Source of the DNA: an uncultured Gemmatimonadales bacterium
Lineage (GTDB): Bacteria > Gemmatimonadota > Gemmatimonadetes > Gemmatimonadales > GWC2-71-9
Assembly (NCBI GenBank): GCA_963821525.1
Contig: CAWGED010000012.1
Span: 128,001 to 192,000 of the forward strand
Direction: 5' to 3'
Length of the DNA: 64,000 nt
The position numbers were made by a program, and so were the translations under genes. Positions 51,064-60,616 of the stretch are shown here, piece after piece. Positions within the stretch are counted from its first letter, which is position 1; every line of letters starts with the position of its first letter. A model generated the notes under the pieces. The model did not search any database, was not told the DNA's origin, and worked only from the letters and a program-made list of their open reading frames with translations.

Positions 51064-52129
51064 TCAGCTGCCGGTGGTCGTACCGCTCCCGGAAAGCCCC
51101 GCCAGTATTCCCTGGATCCTGGGCTTCTGCGCCCTCGGGGCACATGCTCAGAGCCTTCTTGTAGTTGGTGCTTGCCTTGGCCTTGTCGCCCTTCGTGGCA
51201 TAGGCCTCGCCCAGGCTGTCGTAGACATTCCACGATTCGGGGTGGGCCTTCACGTTCTTCTGGAACATCGTGATCGCTTCGTCCACCTTCTTCTGATTCA
51301 GCAGGTTGTAGCCCATCAGGTTCACGTCGTTCTCGTTGGCCACCAGCATCGCCTGTTTCCGGACCGAGTCGGCCGCGGTCTTGTTGCCCCTCTTATCGAG
51401 GATGGCGGCCTTGAGCTGCAGGGTCTGGAAGGTCGGGAGCGGGAACTTGAGCGCGCTGTCGGCCCACGCCTCGGCGTGATCGAGGTCCTTCGTATTGGTG
51501 AGCGCCCAGCGCGACGCCTGGCCCCAGCCATCCTGGAAGAATCGGGGAAGCCCTCGTAGCTGCTGGGCCAGGCTGTCGATGACCACCTTCTCCAGGTTCA
51601 CCTGGATCGGGATCGGGACCGCCAGCTTTTCCCAGTGCATGTAGATCGTCGTCGAGTTCGGCGTCACATCATCGAAGGTGTACTGCAGCCGATCGAGGAA
51701 CGGCGCCTCCTTGGGCTGCACGATGATCCGCAACTCGTCTTCCTTGGGGTCGTAGCTGAAGGCGCCCCAGGCATCCGCCTGCTTGGAGAAGATCACCATC
51801 CACTTGTTGGTCGTCGGGACCATGTGAACCCCATACCGCCCCGCCGCGACTTCCGCGTCGCCGATGGTGACCGGCGTGTTGAAGGACAGCACGGTGTTCT
51901 CATTGGCTCCAGCCCGCCAGACCGTGTCGTAGGGCACCAGGCCACCCCAGATCTTCCGGTCGTTTACCGCGGGACGGTCGTAGGTCACGTTGATCTCGGT
52001 GAGCCCGATGGTCTGGCTGACCGAGGCGCGTGGACTCGCCTTGGGAGTATCGAGACGGAAGTTCTGCGCGGAGGCGGCTCCGGCCACGAGCGTCAGCGCG
52101 ACGCCCAGCGCAACGGGGCGAAATGACAT
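51064..52129 (-). CDS. DUF2911-domain exported protein with C-terminal TPR; probable frameshift near 51130
   Basis: ASPRASVSQTIGLT, YDRP, IWGGLVPYDTVWRAGANE, WNVYDSLGEAY; alternative frame ends TGA at 51064-51066. Confidence 0.88.
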
Positions 52130-52417
52130 GACTCGGCTCCTGTATCTGCGAGGCTGATGGGAGTGGGAACAGGCGGACTACGGCTAGCGGCTGCCCGAGG
52201 TGTCAAGCGGCGTGTCGGACCGGAACGTCAGGGAACCTCTATGGTCCAGCAGGTTAGGCCCGCGAGTTGCAGCTCCATGTCGTGGGATTCGCCGCTCCAT
52301 GTCGAAGTTTCGCCACGACAGTTGCGGGTGATAGCTGTCACCGACGGTGAAAGGGAGTCCGGCCAATCCTGAGCCCTCGACGCAAGCGTAGGAAACTCTT
52401 GCGGAGGTCAATTGGAC

Positions 52418-53332
52418 ATGCGGAGAATCATTCGACTCGCCGGCGTGGCGTCCGGTCTCTTGGCCCTGGCCTTGGCGGCGTGCAGCGATGATGGCATGAG
52501 TTCGGGCACCGGCCAGCTGTCGGTTGTCCTCAAGGACGCACCGGGTGACATCAAGGCCGCAGTGGTCACCATTTCGGAAATCAATCTGCAGGGCTCGGGC
52601 GGGAAGCTTGTTCTCAGCAGCAATGAGGTCACTACCGACCTCCTGACCCTTTCGACCGATGTCGCGACCCTCGTGCAGGACGCCACGGTGCCGGCCGGCA
52701 CCTACACGGAGCTGCGATTCGTGATCACGGGCGCCTACATCGAGGTGGACAACGGCAACGGCACGAGCAGCATCTACGCCTCGGATCCGAACTACGCAGG
52801 CCTGCCCCCCGGCTCCACGGTGGCTGGTAATCTTCAAATGCCCAGCTTCAGCCAGAGCGGGTTGAAAGTCACTCTACCGGGCGACCAGCTCACGATATCG
52901 AGCGGAGACCAGAAGCTTCTCGTGGTGGATTTCGACGTGTCCCAGAGTTTTGGCCAGCTTGCCGGAGGCTCGGGGCAGTGGGTCATGCATCCTGTGATCA
53001 AGGCGGACGACGTCAGTGCCACCGGTGGCGCCCGGGTTGCCGTGACCTTGGATGCCGGCGTGACCCTGCCGGGAACGGCCGTGCTGAGTGAGTTTTCCGT
53101 CACGCTCACCGGGTCCGATGGCATTCCGCGAACGGTGGCCTTGGATGACTCTGACGGTGATGGAACGTTCGAGGCCGTCTACGCTTTCCTCGCACCGGGC
53201 GACTACAACGTCACCATACAGGCACCTGCGGGCGTGACTGCGTTCACCACGGCGCCGGCACTACCCATCACCCTGACAGTTCAGAGCGGGCAGACGGCCA
53301 CCGCAAGCTTCACGATAACCTCCGCCACCTGA
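52418..53332 (+). CDS. DUF4382-domain lipoprotein
   Basis: GGAGG RBS, lipobox LAAC, LSVVLKDAP, PAGTYTELRF, VDFDVSQSF, MHPVI. Confidence 0.88.
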   Translation: MRRIIRLAGVASGLLALALAACSDDGMSSGTGQLSVVLKDAPGDIKAAVVTISEINLQGSGGKLVLSSNEVTTDLLTLSTDVATLVQDATVPAGTYTELRFVITGAYIEVDNGNGTSSIYASDPNYAGLPPGSTVAGNLQMPSFSQSGLKVTLPGDQLTISSGDQKLLVVDFDVSQSFGQLAGGSGQWVMHPVIKADDVSATGGARVAVTLDAGVTLPGTAVLSEFSVTLTGSDGIPRTVALDDSDGDGTFEAVYAFLAPGDYNVTIQAPAGVTAFTTAPALPITLTVQSGQTATASFTITSAT

Positions 53333-53359
53333 ACCCACGCACTTCGGTCTCTGCAGTAA

Positions 53360-53388
53360 AGTCGGCCCCGTCTTCGGCGGGGCCGACT
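53360..53388 (+). terminator. GC-rich hairpin with TTCG loop after DUF4382 gene
   Basis: AGTCGGCCCCGTC TTCG GCGGGGCCGACT. Confidence 0.7.
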
Positions 53389-53422
53389 CATTCTGTCTCC
53401 CGCACCCCTCGCGCGGCTCGTC

Positions 53423-54733
53423 ATGCAATGGTTTCTTTCCTTCATGGCGACCCTGGCACGCCCCCGCACAGCCGAGCTGATCAGCCCGCCGCGGAAGGAC
53501 GAGGCGACTCGACGAGCCGAGCTTCGCGTGATGAGACGCATGGCGACGGGTCTTCTTGGTGTCGCCCTCGTGATCTTCATCGTCGCACTCCTGCTCGAAC
53601 CGCGGTATCCGTGGCTCGGCTTCGTCCGGGCGACGGCGGAGGCATCGCTGGTCGGGGGGTTGGCAGACTGGTTCGCGGTCACGGCGCTCTTCCGCAAGCC
53701 GATGGGCCTGCCGATTCCTCACACGGCCATCATCCCGACTCAGAAGGACCGGATCGGCCGGATCCTCGGCGGCTTCCTCCAGAATCACTTCCTCTCGCGG
53801 GACGTGCTGGTAGCCCGGCTGGGTTCGCTGCATCTCGCGACCCGATCGGCCCGGTGGGTCAGCGATCCCGCAAACAGCGAACGGTTGGCCCGGCATGTAG
53901 CCGCGGGTCTGGCGAAGGCGGTCCAGACGCTGCCCGAAGCCGAGGCCAGCGAGTTCATCCGGCAGAGTGCCGTGGCCCGGCTCCAGTCGGTGCAACTGGC
54001 GCCGTTCATGGGGAACCTGTTGTCGGTAGTTGCCGCGGACGATCGGCACCAGCCGCTGTTCGATGAGGCTCTGCGACTAGTGCATGAGGCGCTGGAGCGA
54101 AACCGGGAGGAGCTCCGCCGCAAGATCAAGGAGGAGAGTCCGTGGTGGGTTCCCGGTGTCGTGGACGATGCGTTTCACAAGCGGCTGGTGCACGCGACGG
54201 AACGGCTGGTTGACGAGATTCGGGCCACCCCTCGCCACCCACTGCGGCTCAAGTTCGACACCGCGTTCCGCAACTTCGTCGAGAAGCTCAAGCATTCCCC
54301 GGACATCGCATCTCGCACTGAGGCCTGGAAGCAAGACCTGCTCGCGCATCCGGCGGTGGAGGAGTTCGCGGCTTCACTCTGGGAGCGAGCCCGGAAGGCG
54401 GCGGCCCGCTTCAGCGCGGAGTCGGATGGCGCTGCGCTGCAGCCTTTGGCGAGGGGTCTCGCCGCCGCGGGGGAATCGCTCCTCGCCGACGACAACCGGC
54501 TCACCGAGTTGGACCTGACGATCACCGAATTCCTCGCCAGCCAGCTCGAAGAGCATCGTCACGAAGTGTCGGACCTCGTGGCGGAGACGGTCCGCCAGTG
54601 GGATCCGGAGGTGGCGGCAGAGCGCATCGAGCTAGCGGTGGGGCGGGACCTGCAATTCATCCGGCTGAACGGCACCCTGGTAGGCGGGTTGGCCGGACTG
54701 ATCATCTACACAGTCATATACCTGACTCGCTAG
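53423..54733 (+). CDS. DUF445-family membrane protein
   Basis: EASLVGGLADWFAVTALFRKPMGLPIPHTAIIP, GRDLQFIRLNGTLVGG; start may be ATG 53444. Confidence 0.93.
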   Translation: MQWFLSFMATLARPRTAELISPPRKDEATRRAELRVMRRMATGLLGVALVIFIVALLLEPRYPWLGFVRATAEASLVGGLADWFAVTALFRKPMGLPIPHTAIIPTQKDRIGRILGGFLQNHFLSRDVLVARLGSLHLATRSARWVSDPANSERLARHVAAGLAKAVQTLPEAEASEFIRQSAVARLQSVQLAPFMGNLLSVVAADDRHQPLFDEALRLVHEALERNREELRRKIKEESPWWVPGVVDDAFHKRLVHATERLVDEIRATPRHPLRLKFDTAFRNFVEKLKHSPDIASRTEAWKQDLLAHPAVEEFAASLWERARKAAARFSAESDGAALQPLARGLAAAGESLLADDNRLTELDLTITEFLASQLEEHRHEVSDLVAETVRQWDPEVAAERIELAVGRDLQFIRLNGTLVGGLAGLIIYTVIYLTR

Positions 54734-54816
54734 CCCAGCGCTGAGCGCTTCGGTTCCACGACGACGTTCCAGCGCCGACCCTCTGGCGCGACTAGGTTTC
54801 CCCTTCCATCTGTGAA

Positions 54817-55743
54817 TTGAATGCGATGCTTGGAGCTACACTCGCGCTTCTGATTGCACTCGATACCACTGTGGTCCGGGATGTCACGGTGGCCCCAGGA
54901 GAGACCCTCCGCACAACATCCATCGGCTCCGGACAGCCCGTGGTGTTTGTTACGGGCATCTTCGGCGGAGCATTCGGTTTCCGCAAGGTCATCGAACCCC
55001 TCACTGAGCGTGGATACCGCTGCATCGTAATCGAGCCACTCGGTTACGGATGGTCTTCTCATCCCTCGAAGGCTGACTACTCCTATGCCGCCCAGGCTGA
55101 CCGGATCGGTGGCGTCATGGATTCGCTGGGTGTGGGAAGCGCGCTCGTTGTCGCCCAGTCCAGCGGCGCAGCGATGGCGTACCGCCTCACCTACCGGCGG
55201 CCCGACCTGGTGAAGGGGCTGGTATCGATCGACGGAGGCCCCGCGGAATCGGCCGGGACGCCTGGTCTCCGTCATGCCCTTCGCTTCGGCGGCTTCTTGA
55301 CCAAGCTCTTTGTCGGGGCGGGGACCTTGCGGAGCAAGGTACGGCATGACCTGATCGAGAACTCAGGCGACACGTCCTGGGTCACCGATTCGGTGGTTCG
55401 CGAGTACACGGCGGGTCAGGCGGCGGACGTTCACGGGGCGATCGACGGGCTGCGAAAGATCAGCAAGTCGCACGAACCGGAATCGCTGCGCGCCAGGCTG
55501 CATGAATCCTTGGTGCCGGTCCGCCTGCTGTTCGGCACCGCGCCCCATCCGAGCAGGATCAAGCCTGAGGAGATTGAACTCCTGAGGTCGGAGCTGCCCG
55601 ACTTCGCGATTGACAGCGTCCAAGGCGCGGGCCAGTACGTCCATGAGGAGCAGCCGGAGGCGGTGATCGCCGCGGTGGAACGAATGTCAGCGCCGCCGCC
55701 GTTTGTGCTCGAGCCACCTTTTAACGCGGTGGTGCCTCCTTGA
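54817..55743 (+). CDS. Exported alpha/beta-hydrolase-fold protein with atypical catalytic residues
   Basis: [21 protein letters not shown] elbow, [11 protein letters not shown]. Confidence 0.85.
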   Translation: MNAMLGATLALLIALDTTVVRDVTVAPGETLRTTSIGSGQPVVFVTGIFGGAFGFRKVIEPLTERGYRCIVIEPLGYGWSSHPSKADYSYAAQADRIGGVMDSLGVGSALVVAQSSGAAMAYRLTYRRPDLVKGLVSIDGGPAESAGTPGLRHALRFGGFLTKLFVGAGTLRSKVRHDLIENSGDTSWVTDSVVREYTAGQAADVHGAIDGLRKISKSHEPESLRARLHESLVPVRLLFGTAPHPSRIKPEEIELLRSELPDFAIDSVQGAGQYVHEEQPEAVIAAVERMSAPPPFVLEPPFNAVVPP

Positions 55744-56176
55744 AAAGCGCCAGGTATTGGCCGTAGCCTTCCGCCTCCAGCCGGTCCACCGGGATGAACC
55801 TGAGAGAGGCTGAATTCATGCAGAATCGCTGCCCGGTCGGAGCCGGGCCGTCGTCAAAGAGATGCCCAAGATGCGAGTCCGCATGCGCGGACCGGACCTC
55901 GGTCCGTGCGATGAAAAGATGCCGGTCGGTCTTGGTTTGAATGTTCTCCGGCTCCAGCGGCTTGGTGAAGCTGGGCCAGCCGGTGCCCGAGTCGTACTTG
56001 TCGAGTGAGCTGAAGAGCGGCTCTCCCGAGACCGCGTCGACGTAGATTCCCGCCGCGTGATTGTCCCAGTACTCGTTCTGAAAGGGCCGCTCGGTGGCTT
56101 CCTTCTGGGTCACCTGGTACTGCATGGGAGTGAGCCGCTGCCGCAGCTCCGCATCTGAAGGCTTCTTGTAGTCCAT
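55721..56176 (-). CDS. msrB: Peptide-methionine (R)-S-oxide reductase
   Basis: [36 protein letters not shown]. Confidence 0.97.
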   Translation of the reverse strand: MDYKKPSDAELRQRLTPMQYQVTQKEATERPFQNEYWDNHAAGIYVDAVSGEPLFSSLDKYDSGTGWPSFTKPLEPENIQTKTDRHLFIARTEVRSAHADSHLGHLFDDGPAPTGQRFCMNSASLRFIPVDRLEAEGYGQYLALFKEAPPR

Positions 56177-56178
56177 GG

Positions 56179-57482
56179 CTAGGCTTCTCTGAGGTATCCC
56201 CAGGTGTGCAGTTTGTCGTGGTCTTCGAACCAGCGATCCCCGATGTCAGTGCGATAGTACATGTCGGGGATGAGAATGTTCTTGATCCGGTTGTAGGCAT
56301 GGGACTGGGCCTGCCGCATGGTCGGGCCCAGCCCGACTACCACCAGTACAACGCCCGATGTTCCCGTCACCACCCATTGCTCGTTCACCTGGCGGACGTC
56401 CTCGATATGGACCTCCTCGGTGGCGGGCTTCTTGAACAGGATCACGGCGTCTTGGATACCGACTCGAATGTGGCGTCGTCATCGAACGGGAAGGGCGAGA
56501 CCACGATCCGTACCCCGATCTGGAAGCCGCTCTTCACCCGGAGTTTCGGCGTCTCGCCCCGGGCGAGGTCGTACAGAAATTCCCCGATCGGCGTCAGCAT
56601 CGCCTCCTGCTGGATCATGATCGTCGGATAGCCGAACCGGGAAGTGAATTCCAGCGGGTAAATCCCGTTCCCGTTCACGATGCAGTTGAGGTCGATATAT
56701 CCGACGTATCCCTCCTCGGCCAGCCGGCTTTCCATCTTGGCAAGCGTGCTGTTGAAGATCTTGTTGGGGCCACTCCAGAACATGGCCGTCCCCATCTCGC
56801 CGGTTGAAGGGCCGATGTTCCCGGGGAAGAGCTTCTTATGCTCGAAGTTGACGTTGATCGGGTAGACGAACTGCTGGCCATTGAAGAAAGCACCAACGGC
56901 GACTTCCACACCGGTCACCCGGCGCTGGAGCTGGAAGACCTTGATCTCGTCGGCGAAAGACCTCTTGTAGGCCTCGAGCACCCGCATCACGTCTTCCCCA
57001 TCGTCGTCCTCACCCACGAAGAGCCGCCGTTTCACGTTCTGTGCTTCGCCGCTGGGCTTGATGACATAGCGGTCCGGATTGGCCCGCACGAACTCGATCG
57101 CCTCGGTGAAGTCGTCGAACTCCTTGTAGGGGAGGATTCCGACTCCTGCCTCCCGCAGCTGCTCCTGGCCGAAGGAGCGGTCGTCTTCCAGCCGGTCGGT
57201 GTACGGTGAGCCGCCGACGACGAGCTTCCCCTTTTCGCGCAGGGCCTGGGCCTTGGCTCCCTGCCCCAGCGTGTCGTCGAAGACAACCACATCGGCCCAG
57301 GGCAGATCCGCCTCCCAGTTGGTGGACTTGGGAACGAACCCGTCGGCGATGTCCCGCTCCCGCTCGGCTTCGATGAAATAGCGCACCCCGTGGCCCTCCT
57401 TCAGCACCTGCCACGCGATGTCGCCGATCAAGCCGGACAGCGAGACGAAGAGGAAGTTCTTCCGGTCGGTGGAGTCGCCCAT
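56179..57482 (-). CDS. PurD/GARS-like ATP-grasp protein; frameshift near 56455
   Basis: [45 protein letters not shown]-terminal MYYRTDIG in ORF 56179..56445. Confidence 0.82.
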
Positions 57483-57484
57483 GG

Positions 57485-58024
57485 TCAGTTGGCCAATCCC
57501 AACTGTTTCAGGAAGCCGTAGGCGTCGTAGTAGTCACCCTGGTAGGCGATGTGATCTCCCCGCAACCGGATCAGGGTAGCGCCCTTGAAGGAGAACTTCT
57601 TACCGGTGGGCTTGGTCCCGTCTGCGAAGGGCCCGGTGTGGGTCCCGGTGAAGGTCCACTGGAAGGCGATACCGTCGGGCCCCACGATCGGAGGCGTCGA
57701 GTCCCGCACCCAATTGCAGTCGGGGGCCGCGGTCAGGAAGGCCTGGATCACATTCTTCCGGGCGGAATCGCGGCTCACTTGTGGAACACCAACGGTGGCG
57801 TCGTAGTAGACCACATCATCCGTCATGTAGCTGGCGGCTTTGCCGGCATCGTGTGCGTTCCAGGCGGCCATGTACTGGTCCACGACCTGAACCGGGTTGA
57901 TCGCCGCAGATCCCGAGTCGGAAGCAGGTTTGGCGGCAGGGGCCCGACACGAACCAAGGGTCGCGAGCAGGATGGCTGGGAGGACGATTCGGCTGGTCAC
58001 AGACTTCCGGAGCGTTCCGGTCAT
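57485..58024 (-). CDS. SnoaL/NTF2-like ester-cyclase-family lipoprotein
   Basis: Lipobox LGSC, YMAAWNAHD, WTFTGTHTG, PTGKKF, DYYD..GFLKQLG; start set at ATG 58024. Confidence 0.85.
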   Translation of the reverse strand: MTGTLRKSVTSRIVLPAILLATLGSCRAPAAKPASDSGSAAINPVQVVDQYMAAWNAHDAGKAASYMTDDVVYYDATVGVPQVSRDSARKNVIQAFLTAAPDCNWVRDSTPPIVGPDGIAFQWTFTGTHTGPFADGTKPTGKKFSFKGATLIRLRGDHIAYQGDYYDAYGFLKQLGLAN

Positions 58025-58088
58025 GGGTTCCCCCCGCGACGCGCTGCGCCGCGGGGCCTCGTCATGAGGTGGTGTGGTTCGCGCGGAC

Positions 58089-59015
58089 TCACTTGCCCTG
58101 CAGATTGGCGAGCACCTGCTGCAGGTTGAGACTGCGGGCTTGGGACTGGACCTGATCCCGCACCTTGGGGAACAACGCCTTGGCCTCCTCCTGGAACCGG
58201 GCGAAGAGCCTTCGCAGGTCTTCCCCACTGAGTCTCCGCCCCTGGGCATAGTACTGCTTGGCGACATGGCCCAGCGCATAGGTCGAGCTGAATGACACCG
58301 CCGCCCCTGCCGCGAGTCCGGTAACGCCGCCGACCAAGCCTCCCAGGATGCCACCGGCGATCCCGCCGAGCACTTTGCGAACCACACTCTCCATCACCTG
58401 GGCGGCGGCTCCGAGGCCCAGCGTTCCGGCGAGATCCTTGACCTGATTGGCATCGAGCTTCTGCCCGAAATGCTGCCCGATCATGTAGACCAGGCGGAGC
58501 TGAAGCGGCAGGATGGCGACGTTGGCCAGGCGGTCGGGGAGGATTTCCAGGGCGCCGGTCAGCATCGCCTGCTTCAGGATCAGATCGTCGAGCACCGCAT
58601 CGGAAGGCGGATTGCCGGTATTGACTTGAACGTCGGGAAGGTTGGTCCCCGCCCCTGCCAGGGCGGTGGCCTGCTGATCGGATTCACGCACCGAGGACAG
58701 GCTGAGCCCGAGGACTCCTCTCAGCTGGTTGATGAAATCCATTTCCGGGGGGTTGGCCGCACCGTCGGAATGGACGACCGCGAGAGCCGTGTCATAGGCC
58801 ATCTTCCGGGCGTCCTCCCCGGAAAGACGTCCCGCGAGCTCCTGCAGATCAATCTTCCCGGTGCTCGCCCGTCGGGCTTCTTCGTCGAGCTGGGTCATTC
58901 CGAGCCGCTTGAACACCTCGGCAAGCTGAGCGCCCTCTTCCGGGGTCTGCGTTCCGTCCGCCAGGGCGGCGAGCAGGGCGATAGTGGCTATGGTTTCCTG
59001 ATCGGTCTGATTCAT
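58089..59015 (-). CDS. TerB/DUF533-like N-terminus plus YcjF/DUF697-like C-terminal domain protein
   Basis: AALADG..PEE, VVHSDG..PPEMDF; ILPLQLRLVYMIG, STYALGHVAKQYY. Confidence 0.75.
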   Translation of the reverse strand: MNQTDQETIATIALLAALADGTQTPEEGAQLAEVFKRLGMTQLDEEARRASTGKIDLQELAGRLSGEDARKMAYDTALAVVHSDGAANPPEMDFINQLRGVLGLSLSSVRESDQQATALAGAGTNLPDVQVNTGNPPSDAVLDDLILKQAMLTGALEILPDRLANVAILPLQLRLVYMIGQHFGQKLDANQVKDLAGTLGLGAAAQVMESVVRKVLGGIAGGILGGLVGGVTGLAAGAAVSFSSTYALGHVAKQYYAQGRRLSGEDLRRLFARFQEEAKALFPKVRDQVQSQARSLNLQQVLANLQGK

Positions 59016-59135
59016 GGTTTAGCTCCGCGCGTGCTTCTGGGACATCTGCCAGCACACCATTCTATACGTGAATGGCTTCCCGCAGTAAGATAGGACGGGG
59101 GCTGGTGCAGCCCTGTTACCTCCAAGCGTGACCCC

Positions 59136-60528
59136 ATGGAACCCACCTACCAATTCGACCTCGTGTGCATCGGCAGCGGGCCGGCCGGCCAGCGGGCCGC
59201 CGTTCAGGCCGCCAAGCTGGGCAGCCGAGTCGCGATCGTCGAGAAATGCCGCTCGGTAGGCGGAGTTTGTCTCGATACCGGCACGATCCCCAGCAAGACG
59301 ATCCGCGAGGCGGTCCTATCCTTCTCGGGCAATGGTGCTGTGCTGGGCCGCCGAGGGATTCAAACGCCGCCCGACGCCGATCATCTGCTGGAACGGGTGG
59401 CGCACGTCGTGAGCCAGGAGGCGGCGGTGATCGAACACCAGCTCCGCCGCAACGGGGTGGAAGTCATCGTAGGCCACGCCTCTTTCCTGGACCCTCACAC
59501 GCTTGTGGTGCGCGCGGGAGACAGCTGGAGGGAGATAACGGCGAAGAACATTCTCATCGCCGTGGGGACCGTTCCGGCTCCCTCCCTCGGAATGGCAGCC
59601 GACGGGGTATCGATCGTCACCAGCGACGACATCGTCCGGCTGCCCCGCATCCCCAAGACCCTCACTGTGGTGGGCGCCGGAGTCATCGGCACCGAATACG
59701 CCTCGATCTTCGCGGCGCTCGGCGTGGGGGTGACGCTGGTCGACAAGCGCCGTCGTCCGCTGGAATTTCTGGATGAGGAGATCGTGGACGAGTTGCTGCA
59801 TCAGCTCCGGCGGCGCAACCTCATCTTTCGCCCTGGGGAAACGGTGGACCGGCTGGATATCTCCGAGGACGAACCGAAGCGAGTGGTGCATCCACCTGGA
59901 ATCGGGGAAGCGCATCGTTTCCGACATGGCGCTGTTCTCGGTCGGACGGATGGGTGCCACCGCTCAGCTCGACCTGAATTTGGCCGGCCTCAAAGCGGAT
60001 GAACGAGGGCGGCTGCAGGTGGACGACCAGTTCCGCACCGTGGTCCCGCACATCTACGCCGCAGGCGACGTGATCGGCCACCCGAGCCTCGCCGCGACGT
60101 CGAGCGAGCAGGGCCGGCTCGCCGCCTGCTACGCGCTGGGCAACCCGGTCTCAAAGATGCGGCAGCACTTCCCGATCGGGATCTACTCCATTCCGGAAAT
60201 CTCGATGGTGGGTGAAGCGGAACACGAGTTGACCAGCCAGAAGATTCCCTACGAGGTTGGGATCGCCCGGTACCGGGAGATCGCGAGAGGGCAGATCCTG
60301 GGAGACGACAGCGGCTTCTTCAAGATGCTGTTCCACCGGGAAGACCGCCGTCTCCTCGGCGTGCACATCATCGGAACCGGGGCAACGGAACTCCTGCACA
60401 TCGGCCAGACCGTGCTCGCCCTGGGAGCCGGGCTCGACTACTTCATGGAAACGGTGTTCAACTACCCCACGCTCGCCGAGTGTTACAAGGTGGCGGCGCT
60501 GAATGCGGCGAATAAGTTGGCGGTGTGA
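59136..60528 (+). CDS. sthA: Soluble pyridine nucleotide transhydrogenase; frameshift near 59890
   Basis: IGSGPAGQRAA, GGVCLDTGTIPSK (single Cys), GAGVIG, YAAGDVIG, TVFNYPTLAECYKVAA. Confidence 0.92.
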
Positions 60529-60531
60529 GGG

Positions 60532-60608
60532 GGCGGTAGGGCGGTAAGGCGGACCGGGCGGACCGGCGGACAGGCAAACCGACGAACCGACGAACCGACG
60601 AACCAACG
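60532..60608. repeat. Gradually changing octamer tract between convergent sthA and ligD
   Basis: GGCGGTAG GGCGGTAA GGCGGACC G GGCGGACC GGCGGACA GGCAAACC GACGAACC x3. Confidence 0.8.
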
Positions 60609-60616
60609 ACGCTCAC

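Noticed and set aside
60532..60608. Short repeat arrays (here and at 43045, 50943, 23865) as CRISPR arrays
   Set aside because: Units are 7-8 nt and contiguous, with no 23-47-nt repeats separated by unique spacers, and there are no cas genes.
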